Below, in pieces: positions 12,801 through 24,650 of a DNA stretch of 64,000 nt; position 1 is the first letter of the stretch; the number at the start of each line of letters is the position of its first letter. This DNA comes from Raillietiella orientalis (Eukaryota), in NCBI GenBank assembly GCA_036172245.1, contig JAYWIR010000009.1, positions 2,356,001-2,420,000 of the forward strand. Reading direction: 5' to 3'. Both the position numbers and the translations under genes were made by a program. A model generated the notes under the pieces. It saw nothing but the letters and a program-made list of their open reading frames with translations. It had not been told where the DNA came from and made no database searches.

Positions 12801-13849
12801 CCGAAGGTGAATTGAAAATTGGCTAGAGGGTGCTGATCGTTTGTCTTCTACACTCATCCTCATCCCATTCCTCTCTTCTTCCACACTTCTGAGGAGCACC
12901 CCGACGAAGCAGAAATGGGAAAGAAGAGCCCGCCACTTCCACTTTGCTACGCTGCTCCTATTGATCTTTTAGTCAGCTGTTGGATCGTTTCTCAGAACGC
13001 CGTCCAGGGAATTGGTTATAGCGTCGTGTGGATGTTCGACGCTTCAACGGTCATAAGAAACCTTTAAAGCACGTGTTTCCAAGGTAATGAGAAGACGAAG
13101 CCGGACGCACCTTCCCTCGAACTGAGTTCTCCGCCTCCGATACTTCAGTTTTGGCGCGTTCTTCAACTTTTCGGAGGAAAAAAGCCTTCAAGGGAAACAA
13201 AAGAACGGAACCAAACCCGCCTAAGATCCCTCTGCGAATAACAGAGCACTAAGGGTATGTCAGGAAGCCATGTTTGAGAGGAAGGTGCCATCTTGGGAGT
13301 GAATTTGTCAACGGCAATTTTCTAGACTTCTCATGCGGCACTTTTCCGATCCGCCATTTATTCCTCATTTCACTTGTTCTTGTGATCCCGAAAAAGGCAA
13401 GCTACAAGTTTGCAGGGATGAGGATTTTCAGTCCGAATTTCCAAAAATAATGCTAATAATAAAAAAAAAACGAACGTGTTCGTGGTGCCTGCCATCTATC
13501 GCGTGAATGGCAAACGACAGAAGGTGGCGACGAGAGATGGTGACTTGACCGGAATCCCGTCGCAGTCGTTTGCAACCGAGAAGCGAAAGCCTCCAAGAGC
13601 ACACAAGAAGCACACTCCACCTGCATCCCTCAAGTTACTGGTTCACTCATCTTAAAAACTGATCTAATCTCTAATCTTTGTGTGATTTTTCTCCCCATGC
13701 GGCGTTCGGTTTCCATTTAATCGAGGGATGACGGAGATGACAGGGCCGGAAAAAAGTTTCCAGAACTCCAGCTCCCGTGATTGTAGTAGAGGAGAAATAC
13801 GATTTCAGTCAACTTTCCTTATTGCTCTATTTGTTGTTTGTCTTTGCAG

Positions 13850-14080
13850 CATCACTCAAAACCAGGTTTTGATAACCATGACTCAAATCGGAAACAAGCA
13901 CGTTAGATGTAGGCGTCTTGAACACGGGACATTTAGAACGCAAGCATACATGCTGAAGATAGACTCTGCTACGGAATTTTCTTGGGAAAGTGTCCCTCAA
14001 CTTTGCCAATTGTTTTTGAGAAACAGCCTTGACAGGAACGATAGGAGAATTATCCTGCAGCGAGGAAGGCTGATACCAAT
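13850..14080 (+). CDS. Candidate exon encoding the C-terminal two-thirds of an SH2-like domain
   Basis: Strong acceptor (TTGTTGTTTGTCTTTGCAG) and donor (GTGAGC); 231 nt; only one frame is open. ITQNQVLITMTQIGNKHVRCRRLEHG...YMLKIDSATEFSWESVPQLCQLFLRNSL resembles the SH2 betaC/betaD (KH) strands and alphaB (F.S..L...F..NSL) pattern. Confidence 0.45.
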
Positions 14081-14708
14081 GTGAGCTCACTTGTGCTGGT
14101 TTTGTGGAACTGCATTTTGTGGGCAATTCTACTTCCTTGCACTGCGAGCGGCAACCGACCCTCTTCGAAAGATTGGACCTTACCAGACCTTACCGGTGAG
14201 GTGCTTCGGAATTGCCCCATTCATCACATCATTTCAAGAGAAGGGATCTGCCCACGTGGTTGCGAGCGGCCACAAGATTGATGCTGGTTCTGGCTGTGAT
14301 CGAAGAATCCATTTTTGGAATGCACACTCCCAAACATCAAATTATTATGAGCTCATCAGTTGCGCGTAAGATGCTGAGTCTTAACGCTTTCAACACTGCC
14401 AATTCTGCGCTAAAATAATGCATTTGACTGGCGGCATTCCTCAGGAAATATTTCCTCATTACTCGTTGGAGATCTGGTCCATTATTTTGGATTCATCGAC
14501 TAATTTTTCTACCTCAGTTTGTGTTCTGTTCGGATGAGGGGGTTGTCTCCAATGGACTCATGAAGTTCGAACCAAATGAGCGGAAGGAATCATGAATTCC
14601 TCGGAGCTCGCTACTTGTTAGATTTTGCCTGCTCCAAATAGAGATCTGATGGCAAATAATCATAGGTGATGTATCGCGGGGTCGAGCCGTAGACGCGGAT
14701 CCACGCAC

Positions 14709-15170
14709 TCATGGAGGAGTCTCAGATTCCGTACTCCGTTGAGCCCTAAGAGCGTTCCAAAGACCGTGATCGCAACTCGATGCCGTGGGCTCTTGCATTT
14801 CTGGACGGTTCTTGTTCGTCTTTTGGAACCTTCTGTAATGCTCCTCCTCTTTTCCGATATCTGCAAACTCTCCGGTTCCTTCACTCCCATCTGCGTTCTC
14901 ATCTGAGGCGATCGCTTTCGGCACTTCCGTCGGCTTGGGCCTCGACTTGCCCTCTGATTCCTCCTCTCCCTTGAAATCGAGCTTCTCCTCAAACTCGGTT
15001 GGAATTCCTTGCACGCTGAAACTTTCCATACTGCAAAAATCTCCTTTTCACTTTTTCATGCTGCGGGGAGTGTCGGCATTCTCATCGGAAGGAACAATTT
15101 GCGTTCCTTCAGGAAATTCCATCGTGGATATATTGACTAAGTGGTGTGTCCAATTTCGGGTCGCTGCTTG
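14709..15170 (-). CDS. Candidate coding segment (acidic, low complexity) interrupted by one in-frame TGA
   Basis: ORFs 15048-15305 and 14709-15029 are in the same frame; E/K/D-rich; TTTTTGCAG acceptor at 15031-15039. Product unknown. Confidence 0.25.
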
Positions 15171-16262
15171 AATTTTTTTTTGCAGCGGGACATCCATTGG
15201 TCTTTCGACGTGCCCCACGATGTGATGGAAATCTTTGAATTCCTCGTGGGGAAGCAGCGAGCAACTCCTTCGATGGATAGCTGCTGTGGTTTTCGCAGCC
15301 CACACGGGAACTGACTACAGCCGGAGTACAGAATGGAGTCTTCATGACTGTACACAACAACTAGCTCGTGCTCTAGGCAATATGTGTGTGTGTGTGTGTT
15401 TTTGAATCGTACGGTGATGCTTTTAAGCAAAGAGCCTGAAAACTCAATCTCTGAAACAGCTGACAACTTGGGTGTCACAGAGATCATGAAGATAAATCAT
15501 CGTTCCTACTAACTTGGGGTGAAGAAGACATTTGCGGACAGAGCAGGTTCATGAGAGAGTTCAATTCTTGCGGTCAGCAGCCATCTCCAATGGAAAACCA
15601 AAGCGTTGGAATGCTCCAAACTAGGAAGAACAGCGAACGTGCTCCATCTTTAATCAGGGTCGATACAAATACAAACCCTTAAGTAACAGGCAATAAAAAC
15701 TACGGAACCATCAGGTAATTTTTCCGGGATCCGCTTGCTTCATCCCATTTTATCTGCCTTCCAGAGGATATTTCCATGGTGACATAGTGCATTCATTTGT
15801 CTCTTGGACAGTAGCAAATATCTTTAACGCAGTGGCGATGAATTTCAAGTAGAATAGGAAGGCCATTGCCAACCAGTGGTATGAGCCAAAGAGCGTCATT
15901 CCATTCTGCGTTTCGACTGCTTTCCGTTTCCTTGACTTCGGAGGAAAACTTCCGAGTCGCTCACCACCTTAACCAAAGCGTCGCAATGAAGATTAAGATC
16001 TCCATCGCGACGAAAGTCCTTCTTCCGAATTCCACGCTACCCAAGTAAGATGGAACGTTCGCTTTTTCTGGAGGGTGAAAAATTGGAACTGGGAGATGTC
16101 ACCGGAATTTTCTCTCAGGAACAAAGCATTGATCGATTATTCAGAACAATGAACAAATAGTGAAACAAATGAGCAGTAATTGAATCCGTCTGCTCTAAAT
16201 GTGATTAAGGGTTTTGGGGGAATAGCGGCCCACTCTTCTCCACAAATGTGAGCTCTTTTCAG

Positions 16263-16288
16263 ACCTCTACCAGCAACTTCCAACGAAG
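16263..16288 (+). CDS. Candidate micro-exon (26 nt)
   Basis: CTCTTTTCAG|...AAG|GTAAAC; phase-compatible with 13850-14080, giving IPLPATSNE. Confidence 0.3.
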
Positions 16289-17137
16289 GTAAACCATCAA
16301 CACCATAATTTTGAAAAATGGCATTTCCTGCATACTTTGTGCTTCTTATACGCCAAGCAAGCTGGAAGCACTTTGCTTCATTTGAAAACAGTGAACTGAG
16401 TGGAAGGATGTAAGCCGATAAGGATCGTTTCCGTTGTCATGGCTACGTATGAGGATTCCGAATTTACTTCCAAGCAAGCGTTGTATTTTGTGGCGCACCC
16501 GCTCTTGATTTCACCAACTCGGGGTCGAAATGAAGCCTCCGATATGGCACCTGTTTTTCATTTGTATGTTTTGGATCGTAAAGCGCTGCAGCCGTTCTCA
16601 TCCCTCTCCAAGGGACCTGGAATGGGACCACGAATGCAAACTTTCGCCATTGCATGCTCGTACTCTGCTCTGAGCTTTGCTTTCCGTATTCTGAAAAGCG
16701 CAATGTTCTCTTTTTGGAGCAGTAATTTGAAGCGTATGCAGAACGGGATTACAATATTACAATCAAAGAGGGATTAGAATCAAAGGAATTCATCTGTTTT
16801 CCTTTTTGAGCATCCTGACTTCCTTCCGCTCCTCCTCCATGGCTCTATCTTTCCTTAAGTGGAGCTATTGGCATGTGCATTGCAGACGAGCACAGATTCA
16901 GCTTTGTTCTGTGGTTGTTGCACTTGGAAAGACCGGTGGAAAGCCGTGATGATCCACGGAGCATTAACTGAAGGAGACTGCTGTCGCAAAATGCCTCAGG
17001 GAGGAATCAGTCAGCAGCGGCAACTTAAAATGTGAAAATCACCGAGAGAAAGAGTATCAGAGATGGCATTCTTGGTGGATTCTTCGAGCTTCTGACACGT
17101 TTAAATTCCCATTCATCTTTGTTTTGCATTCCGCAAG

Positions 17138-17165
17138 AAGTTACCCTTCGAGCTTCTCGCTCAAG
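17138..17165 (+). CDS. Candidate micro-exon (28 nt)
   Basis: Consensus donor AAG|GTAAGT with a pyrimidine-rich upstream region; phase-compatible with 16263-16288, giving EVTLRASRS. Confidence 0.25.
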
Positions 17166-18215
17166 GTAAGTTCCTTCTCCCCGGCGAGTGCTGGGAGCGT
17201 GTTCTAAAGGGAGCTGGTCCACTTTCCTCCTTTGGCACCTCCAAGGAGAGGCTGCAAGGAAGCGCGGAAGAACTTTCGTCACCTCAAAATGCTGGGCTTG
17301 CGAAAGCTAAACTGCTCCATTGCACTCTGCGTTTCCCGCTCTCTCTCCTCCCATCATAAATTGCAAGTTCCTGTTTTCCATTTGGCATCAACTTCAGCTG
17401 CCGTTCGCGCCGGTTCTGATCCCTGCAGCAAGGAGCACGCAAAGACACGAATCCTTCTCGCATCTTCGTCTTGTTCACCGATGCTCTCTCCCATTTCCTT
17501 CGCCGGCCTGGGTGCGTTAGCAGCGAGCAAGTCAAGGATGTTGGCTTTCGAGGAGATGGAAGACCGAAAGGTTTGCAATTCCGGTTTGTTTACGTTCTCC
17601 CGAGTTTCCACTTTCCCGAAGAAACAGGGATCGGTAAATCCTTTATTCGGGAGCTCTTGTCATTTCCTCGAGGATTCTCATTAGTCTGGCGTGATGCTCT
17701 TGGGAAATAGCAATTAGGTGTGCAGATTTTCGGTTTTCGTTTTTCGAGTTCTTCTTACCTTCTGAATACATAAGCATTCCCGCGCTATTCTATCTCGAGT
17801 CCAATGCCCGTATATACCACCAAAAATCCAAAACCTGTCCTCCACAGAGTATTGCAATCACCTCGGATTATCCTTGCGTGGTTTTCCTTCTAGCATTTTT
17901 CTGGATGGTTGGTTGATAAACTATGCTCATGCCACACCCTCCTAAATCCATCTTCTCCTTATGCAAAGCGTTCGCTACTATTTCGTGGCATACATTTCTG
18001 GAATGCTTGTTTCCATTACTCTTGGTTCCCATGCCTGCATACTCTTAAGACCTTTTTTCAGGTCTCTTAAGAAAGGAAAAGGAATCCCTCAAACTGATGA
18101 GCACTTCCGCAAGCCGATTCTTGAACGGAACGAGGCAAGATTTATTTGGTACACGAACCTTGCCATCTCCATAGGAGATAGCGAGGTTTCAAAAATGGCC
18201 TTTTCCTTCCTTCAG

Positions 18216-18404
18216 ATCGAGAAGCATGTCCACAAAAGCGAAATGAATGCTGGGAATAATCCGGAGTATGAAAATCTGCCACCAAGAGTGCATCTCGATA
18301 ACGAGGGAGACGACCGTGATCGCAACCGTTCGGAAAATTTATCCAGAAGGAGACTTCCTCACGAGATGGGACCGAACGCGTTTACGCTGATGCGAACCAA
18401 ATAA
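18216..18404 (+). CDS. Candidate terminal exon
   Basis: Strong acceptor TTTTCCTTCCTTCAG. Phase 0 reads IEKHVHKSEMNAGNNPEYENLPPR...TK-stop; phase 2 reads RSRSMSTKAK-stop. Confidence 0.3.
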   Translation: MEKHVHKSEMNAGNNPEYENLPPRVHLDNEGDDRDRNRSENLSRRRLPHEMGPNAFTLMRTK

Positions 18405-18810
18405 ATGGAATTACACCGATGCCGCCGAAGAACAATTTCGCGCAGTCGGTGTTTGCTTTCGATCCCGTGGCACGTGTTTGGCGTGTGCGCAACTCACAGG
18501 AAGCTGCTTGGCCCCTCTTCGAGACCCCCGAAGAATCCCGAAGAACCTGGAGCGCCGTTTTCCGCGCCGAGCTCGCTCCCTGCCAGACTGAGGAGTGTAA
18601 CCCTTCTCCGTCACCCACCTGAGAAAATTCCCGAATGGATCCATGGCGCTGCGGATGCATTCATTTCCTGCATTCATGAAGCCACTGTTTGCTCTTCACG
18701 TTAAGGGTCTGAAAACCCTGGTTACCGTCATCCTCTTTCCTCCTGCGCTGCGTCCGAGCTTGGCCGCGCTTCCAGGCAGGGTTGCCAATTTGGAGGGTTT
18801 CCCTCTAGAT

Positions 18811-18989
18811 CAGTGCTTCCCAAAGTGGGCCATACTGCCCCCTGGTGGTCGCTGGAACGATTCGGGAGAGGGGGGAGGGGGGCGATAGTAGCCTCAAGTG
18901 CGCTGAATGGAAAATAGGGGAGGGAGGTGAAAGGATGAAGAAAAAGGACAAGATACGAAAATTTGCAAAAAAAAAAAAACCAAAAAAAA

Positions 18990-19027
<38 letters not shown>

Positions 19028-19708
19028 CCTTTCGTACAAGTTTCACCTGTTGTGTACCATGGAAAGTCGTTGTCTGGTTAGGTACTTCACCTCCCAGGTA
19101 AACACGAAATGCAAGTTGTAATCGATTCGTGGTCAGGTCTGCAGACATTCGTGTCTTCGTCGAGGTGTTCACAGACGAGCGTGTCGCACAGTGTCGTAAA
19201 ATCCAGCATGCACCTTCAGGAATGTGTGCGTGCAATCCCTTGTGTACAATACGATGCTATCAATAGGCGAAAATTATGAAATCAGATTTAGAGTGTTCCT
19301 GAACTGCGCGGGAAGCAGTTCGAAATAGTGTACGCGCATTGACTTTTAAAACAGTTTTGATAAAACAGCAAGTTGCACGTGAGTGTATATGTACATTTAC
19401 TTACATATCCACCCACACGTTTCTGTGTCTTCTAGCGTTTACTACTAATGATAAGACTGTAGCAGACTTGCGTCGACTGTGCAGTTGATATGTTCGTCAA
19501 ATTTTTTATTACAATATTAACGAAAACAGGAGAACGAAATCGTAAAAAAAAAAAAAAAAGCTGCGGACCACTGACGTTTGTTTACATTTCGTTTCCAGCG
19601 AATCATTTGTGCTCATTGGTAAATGAGAAGGCACATTTTCAGGGGGGCACTGAGTGAATTTTTATCTGAAAAAGGTGCGGTAGGCCAAACAAGTTTGGGA
19701 AACCCACC
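18811..19708 (+). mobile_element. Non-autonomous hAT (Charlie-like) DNA transposon
   Basis: Left end CAGTGCTTCCCAAAGTGGGCCATACTGCCCCCTGG preceded by CTCTAGAT (NTCTAGAN-type target); right end GGTGCGGTAGGCCAAACAAGTTTGGGAAACCC followed by ACCTAG; subterminal TGCCCCCTG / CAGGGGGGCA inverted pair. Confidence 0.7.
18967..19026 (+). repeat. Poly(A)-rich tract (~60 nt)
   Basis: Directly visible A-run interrupted by a few C. Confidence 0.95.
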
Positions 19709-20164
19709 TAGCGGGTGGGAATATTTTATCCCACTGGGAGGGAGCGTTTTTTAAATCTCTGGCCGGCGTTTGTGTCATGGTGGAAAAGAAAGCTTTCAAT
19801 TATGGATGTTGCAAATAGCCTCGAATCGAATTCGGGATACTGGATCCACCCCTGTTCCCGTTCTTGGCGGGTGCAACGACGGTCCACCTGCTCGGGCTGG
19901 AGGCACTGGATCGCCGGTTGTGCAGCTGTGCCCTCGAGCAGGGAAATCCTCCGAAGAACCAGCTTCCCCTCCTCCTGTTGATTGAGGGAGCTTCTCGGCC
20001 TCTTCCTGCAATTTCGTTTCCTTCCCGACGGTGGTCTCACTGCTGCATTGCGCTGCCGGCGTCTGCTACCGTGGTCGCTCATTCCGATTTTCTTCGACGT
20101 CCCCCGAACGCCGTCGATTTCGGAATTCACACCACCTCTGGAATTTCCTTGCAGTCCTTACTTT

Positions 20165-20973
20165 TCGTGACCCCCTGCTTTGCAAAAGCGGCACCACTCG
20201 GAGCAGTCGGCTGCTTGCAATTCAGGAAGAACTCGGAGTCCGTTCCTCTCACGCTTGGGGAGGGATCCCCCGGAAGGTGGGGAAACGCACCTCCCACCCT
20301 GGTTGTCCCCGAAGGGGAACCCCGAAGGGAATCTCCTTCCTCCTTCTCTCCGGAAGGACTCCCCCGGAAAGGAGGTGATCCTCTCCGAATCATCTTCTCC
20401 GAAGGGAACCCGGAAAGGATTCGCAAGTAGGAATTTCTTCTCCGGAGGGAATCCGCAAGGGAACCGCTCCTGTTCGCTCCTCTGAAGAGAACCCCGAAGG
20501 GACGCTTCCGAAACTAAGAAGGGGCGCTGCAGCTTCCCGCAGGGAATCGCTTTCGCTTGCTTCCTTGCACTCTGTGAAGAGGCGGTGACTCGGAGGGTCC
20601 TCCGCAACAGAGGGGTCCGCTCCTTTGAACAACTGGAGAGGTGCCCGTGAGAGCTCCTGCTCCATCTTGAAACCGGAGGGGTCCCCCGGTGGGGGGAGGG
20701 TCCGTTCTCCGTTGTACGACCGGAGAGGGAACTCCCCACTCCTTGATTCCTGGGAGGACCCGAAGGTCGACTCCCATTGTTCCGCCCTTCATCGGGGGCC
20801 TCCGGCTTAAACCACCACCGCTGCCACACCTGAATGTCTCGGCCAACCAGCGCCATTGCAGGAGAAACTCGGAATCCAACGACGCAGTGGCGTCAGTTTC
20901 TGCCGGAGGATTCGAACCCGCGACGCACGGTGCCACGCGAGGAAGCCCTAACCACAAAGCCTCCGACAAGGGC
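20165..20973 (-). mobile_element. tRNA-derived SINE-like element, copy 3 (near full length)
   Basis: Reverse strand reads GCCCTTGTCGGAGGCTTTGTGGTTAGGG...CGCGTGGCACCGTGCGTCGCGGGTTCGAATCC (A box and B box); core; hairpin-repeat array at ~20300-20560. Confidence 0.8.
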
Positions 20974-20984
20974 AATAAACTTTC

Positions 20985-21480
20985 AAGCCGGCTGCCACCG
21001 CTTGTCCCGTTTTGCCGCACTACCTGCCTTTTCGTGCAGGGGTACATTGCTGACCGAACGCCAAGCATGTCCGGCGACAGTCTGGTGGTGCTGGCGGTAG
21101 GTTGCCTGTACCATTTGCGAGTGTTCGTCGATCCGGAAGAAGTTAGGGATCTTCTCATCTTTGGACTTGCGGATCTTCATCACTGCCTGTCCTGCGAAGG
21201 ACAGGCGAGTTGGCCGTATTGTTCTAAATGGGTCCATGTGCTGCCCCCTGCGGTACTGGCCCCGAGGCCCGATATGTGGACTGCCGCTGCCGCTTGTTCG
21301 CAGATTCTTCCGTTCGGGAGCAGATGAGCAGTTCGACGAAGGCTACGTTTGCTTCGCTCTTCGTGAAGTCCATATGTCAGTGGTGGATCGCGAGGTAGAT
21401 ATCTCGCACCGCACTGCTGGCCACTGATCCCATCGGGAGCGTGATGGTTCATGCTGCTCCTTGCTGCGGGTCACCTCCTG
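20985..21480 (-). mobile_element. L1/Tx1-like ORF1 remnant
   Basis: VHISGLGASTAGGSTWTHLEQYGQL followed, after a frameshift, by MKIRKSKDEKIPNFFRID...VQATY; typical ORF1 V.I..L....L..YG.V and IP..F.I....V..Y pattern upstream of the knuckle. Confidence 0.5.
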
Positions 21481-22689
21481 GCTAAAATACCCCAGGGGAC
21501 CTGACCCTTTCTTGAAGGTTCCTGCTGGCAACAGCGCCTCGCTCCGTGGTTGTCACGGATGCTCCCGTTGGCAAGGACGAGTCCGCGGTCGGTATGACAA
21601 CGCTGCGGGTGCCCTGCCTGCTGTCGCAGCTGCCGTCTTCGTCACCGCCGTGGCTTGCACTTCCGTCCCCTTCGTATCCCCTCCTAGTGTCGTGGGTCTG
21701 AGCCGTGGGTGTCTTTTTACTCCACGCCCCACGCTGGATGCACTTGCTCAGTCTGTCCTTCCACTGTCACTTGCCCCATCAGGGCACACAAAAATTGCCA
21801 CGGCAGCGGTATTTCACGCTGCCTACAATTTACAGACTGTTCTTACGTTTCCTTCGAATTGTAGGTAATTAAGACCGGTAGTGCGGCGCTCTCTTTACAA
21901 ACGTATGAAACACGTGGAGTAGCAGCTTCATAACATAGACTGCACGTGATTAATTGCCAGTTTGCATTTTATTTTTGTACTACGGATTCGGAAGAATAAG
22001 TGACGTTAAATGATTTAATCACAAGGATAAGAATGAATTCCCAGGTATTGAAATCTTGAGATTTTTGTTCTCATAAAGAATAGCGGGTTTTCGAAGGCCA
22101 TCTAGCTCGATTTCGTCAACTTCTGTTGGCAACTCTGCTTCCGGGATGAGGAGTACCTCTGCGCGGAACTCCACGGTGTGAAGCTGGAGGCGTAATGATC
22201 TCGAGACAATGTGGAACAAAAAGAAGAAGACATCTGCCCCATTGTCTCCAGGAGGGATTGCACGTCTTTGTCTTTCAATAGACTTTCAAGTCATTAAAGT
22301 GTCTTCGTTACTGTAGAAACGTTCCGAGGTCTCGCCTCATTCCTTGGAAATCCTTGCGTCTCTTTAAAAATCTCGTAAATTGGTGCGAAAACAGGCTGCA
22401 ATCACTTTGTATTGAATGTCCGTGCAAAGAAACAGAACAAAACAAAAAAGGGGGGGGGGAGGAGGAAGAAAGCTTGCAATTTCACAACACTTTGCATATA
22501 AAACGCGAATGAAAGCTCATAACCTCTGGATATATTGGACCATTTAGGGAATGGGCAACGACTCTCGCCTCTCCTCAGCGGCTCGTAGAGGACCAATGAA
22601 ACTTTCTTGCAATTCACTTTTTCTCTTGCTGAGATAAATCAATTAAACCATTGACTTTTTTTTCTTTTTGGTTCGTTCACAGCGCCCGC

Positions 22690-24110
22690 GGAGCCGGGGT
22701 CTTGTCCAGCGGCAGCGGCTGATCTTTCACTCCCACCTTCTTCATCTGCATCCACTTGCACGAGTCCACGCCACGCCAGCCCAGGGAGATCCAGAGCGGC
22801 CGCGTGGCCCTGCGCGCGGTGCATCCTTGTCCCGGTCGAGAGTGTGCCGATCCGGGTCCTGCGAGAGCATCGGACACGTTTCCGGGATGACGGCGTTCAG
22901 GTGGCGGCGCTTGTCCGCGGCGGACGCCACCTGGAAGGGACCCTAGCGGGCTGGAGAGCGGGCGCCTTCGGCGTCCCCCCATGGTCTATCCAGTGCTTCC
23001 CGATGGGAGAGCCGGACCCCGAGGCGGAGTGGGTCTACTTCCAGTTCGCTTCACCCAACTCTCGCTCCGGTACCCTCGCCTCTGCGCCAGGGTCCAGAAG
23101 TGATCGTCCATATTCCTGAGCGCGTTGGCACGCCAACGGTGTCACGGGAGCGAGCCGACCGGAGTGACCTTGGGATACTTTCATTCATTTGATCTTGGAG
23201 TCTGGGAATGGACCTTTCATTCTAGTGCTTTTCGATCGGATCAGGTGTGGACGAATGGAAGAACGGGAACACGGCCCGTGGGGTTCCAAGTATTGCAGAT
23301 TCGAATATATCCGTAAAAAATTCGCTGAGTGGAGCTCCTGGACGTTCCTACTGACGAAGCGAAAGTTCTCCCGCTGTTTGTGGACAGCTTCACGCTTTCC
23401 CTGCAGTGGAAGGACTCGGCACTGCAGTGGTTGCGCTGGGCAATCCCATGGAGCGCGCGAGTTCACCGTTAGACGATGGGCAGTGCGGCTCCGCGCTGTG
23501 ACGGGTGCGGGGACCGGGAAAACTTGTCCCATCTGCTACTAGATTGCAATCCCCTCCTGAGTGCCCAGGAATGCTTCATGACGTCCCTCCCACTCCCGGT
23601 GGACAACGGCAGAGAAGTCTTGCAGCGCCCATTCGCGCGCGACGCCATGTCGGCCGCAGCTTCCCTCGCAGTTCCGTGGGGCCTTCGTGGGATCGAGAAG
23701 ACGAGCTGGAATAGAACAGTCGAACGGCGACGTCATCGCAATCGTCTGCTCCTTAGTGAGGGAGGCGACAGAATGGCCACGTCTCTGCCAACAAAAGGAG
23801 GAAGTTGCCAACGTTCTCCAGAGGATGCTGAGGACGCCGCCAGGAAGAAATCTTTGATGCCTTCCCTTCCCCATCCAGCATTCTTTAAACTGAACTTTTG
23901 TGTGTGTTTTTTCTTTTGTTTACTTCTCCTGTGGGGACCTCGTCAGAAGAACTGCTCACGAGGTGAAGAAGCACCTTCGAGGAGGCATCCCCCCTCGTAG
24001 CGGTGCTGTGAAATCACTGTGAAAAAAAAAGACATCTCTTATCTTGTATACGACTGCTGTTTTGTAGATGTTCTTTTTTCCAATAAACGTCCCGGAGTGA
24101 CCGGGTGAAA
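22690..24110 (+). mobile_element. L1/Tx1-like element: GC-rich, possibly ORF1-like part (22690-23150) plus ORF2 C-terminus and 3' end
   Basis: APRCDGCGDRENLSHLLLDC zinc finger at ~23490; AATAAA at 24082 and perfect CCCGG-AGTGA-CCGGG at 24091-24105. Assignment of the 5' part is weak. Confidence 0.7.
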
Positions 24111-24124
24111 ATAAAGGATCGACG

Positions 24125-24650
24125 CCTAGAAACGGATGAGTCATGAGTTTTCAGTTCCTCCGCAGGACGGCGCTGGTTGGCCTATTCGGGGTGCGGCACT
24201 GGAAGTCAGACTCCCCCGTTGACTGCCCGAAATCGGAAGTCGACCTTCCGGTGTCCTTCCAGGACATCGCGGAGCCCTTCGGGGTCCCCTTCCAATCGTG
24301 ATGATGAAGCCGCCATCGAGTGCCACGGAACTGGTGGGTTGATGCCACTCCAGAGCGTGAGCGCTGCTCCTTTCGGGAACGACCCTTTAGAGAAATCTGG
24401 AAGCGTCCCTTCGGTGTAGCCTCTTCCAGGGGTCCCTCCGGAGACAACCAGGGCTAGGTTCCCCTTTGAGGTTCCCCACCAAGCGTGAGAGGAACGGAGC
24501 TTTCCTGGATTCATGGCATAGTCCCTCTGGGGTGACCCCTTATGACTTGAGGAGCCACACGCACCCTCGGGTAGCACGGACAGGGTTAAAGAGCTTCGTG
24601 AGTCTCCAGGCGAGCTGTTCTTCAGTACTTGGCGAACGAAAATAAAAAAA
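24125..24650 (+). mobile_element. SINE-like element, copy 4 (tRNA head missing)
   Basis: Core CCTCCGCAGGACGGCGCTGGTTGGCC; GTCGACCTTCCGGTGTCCTTCCAGG; 3' end GTTCTTCAGTACTTGGCGAACGAAAATAAAAAAA. Confidence 0.75.

Noticed and set aside
20300..20560. CRISPR-like repeat-spacer array
   Set aside because: Units are degenerate tandem repeats without unique spacers, there are no cas genes, and the context is eukaryotic.
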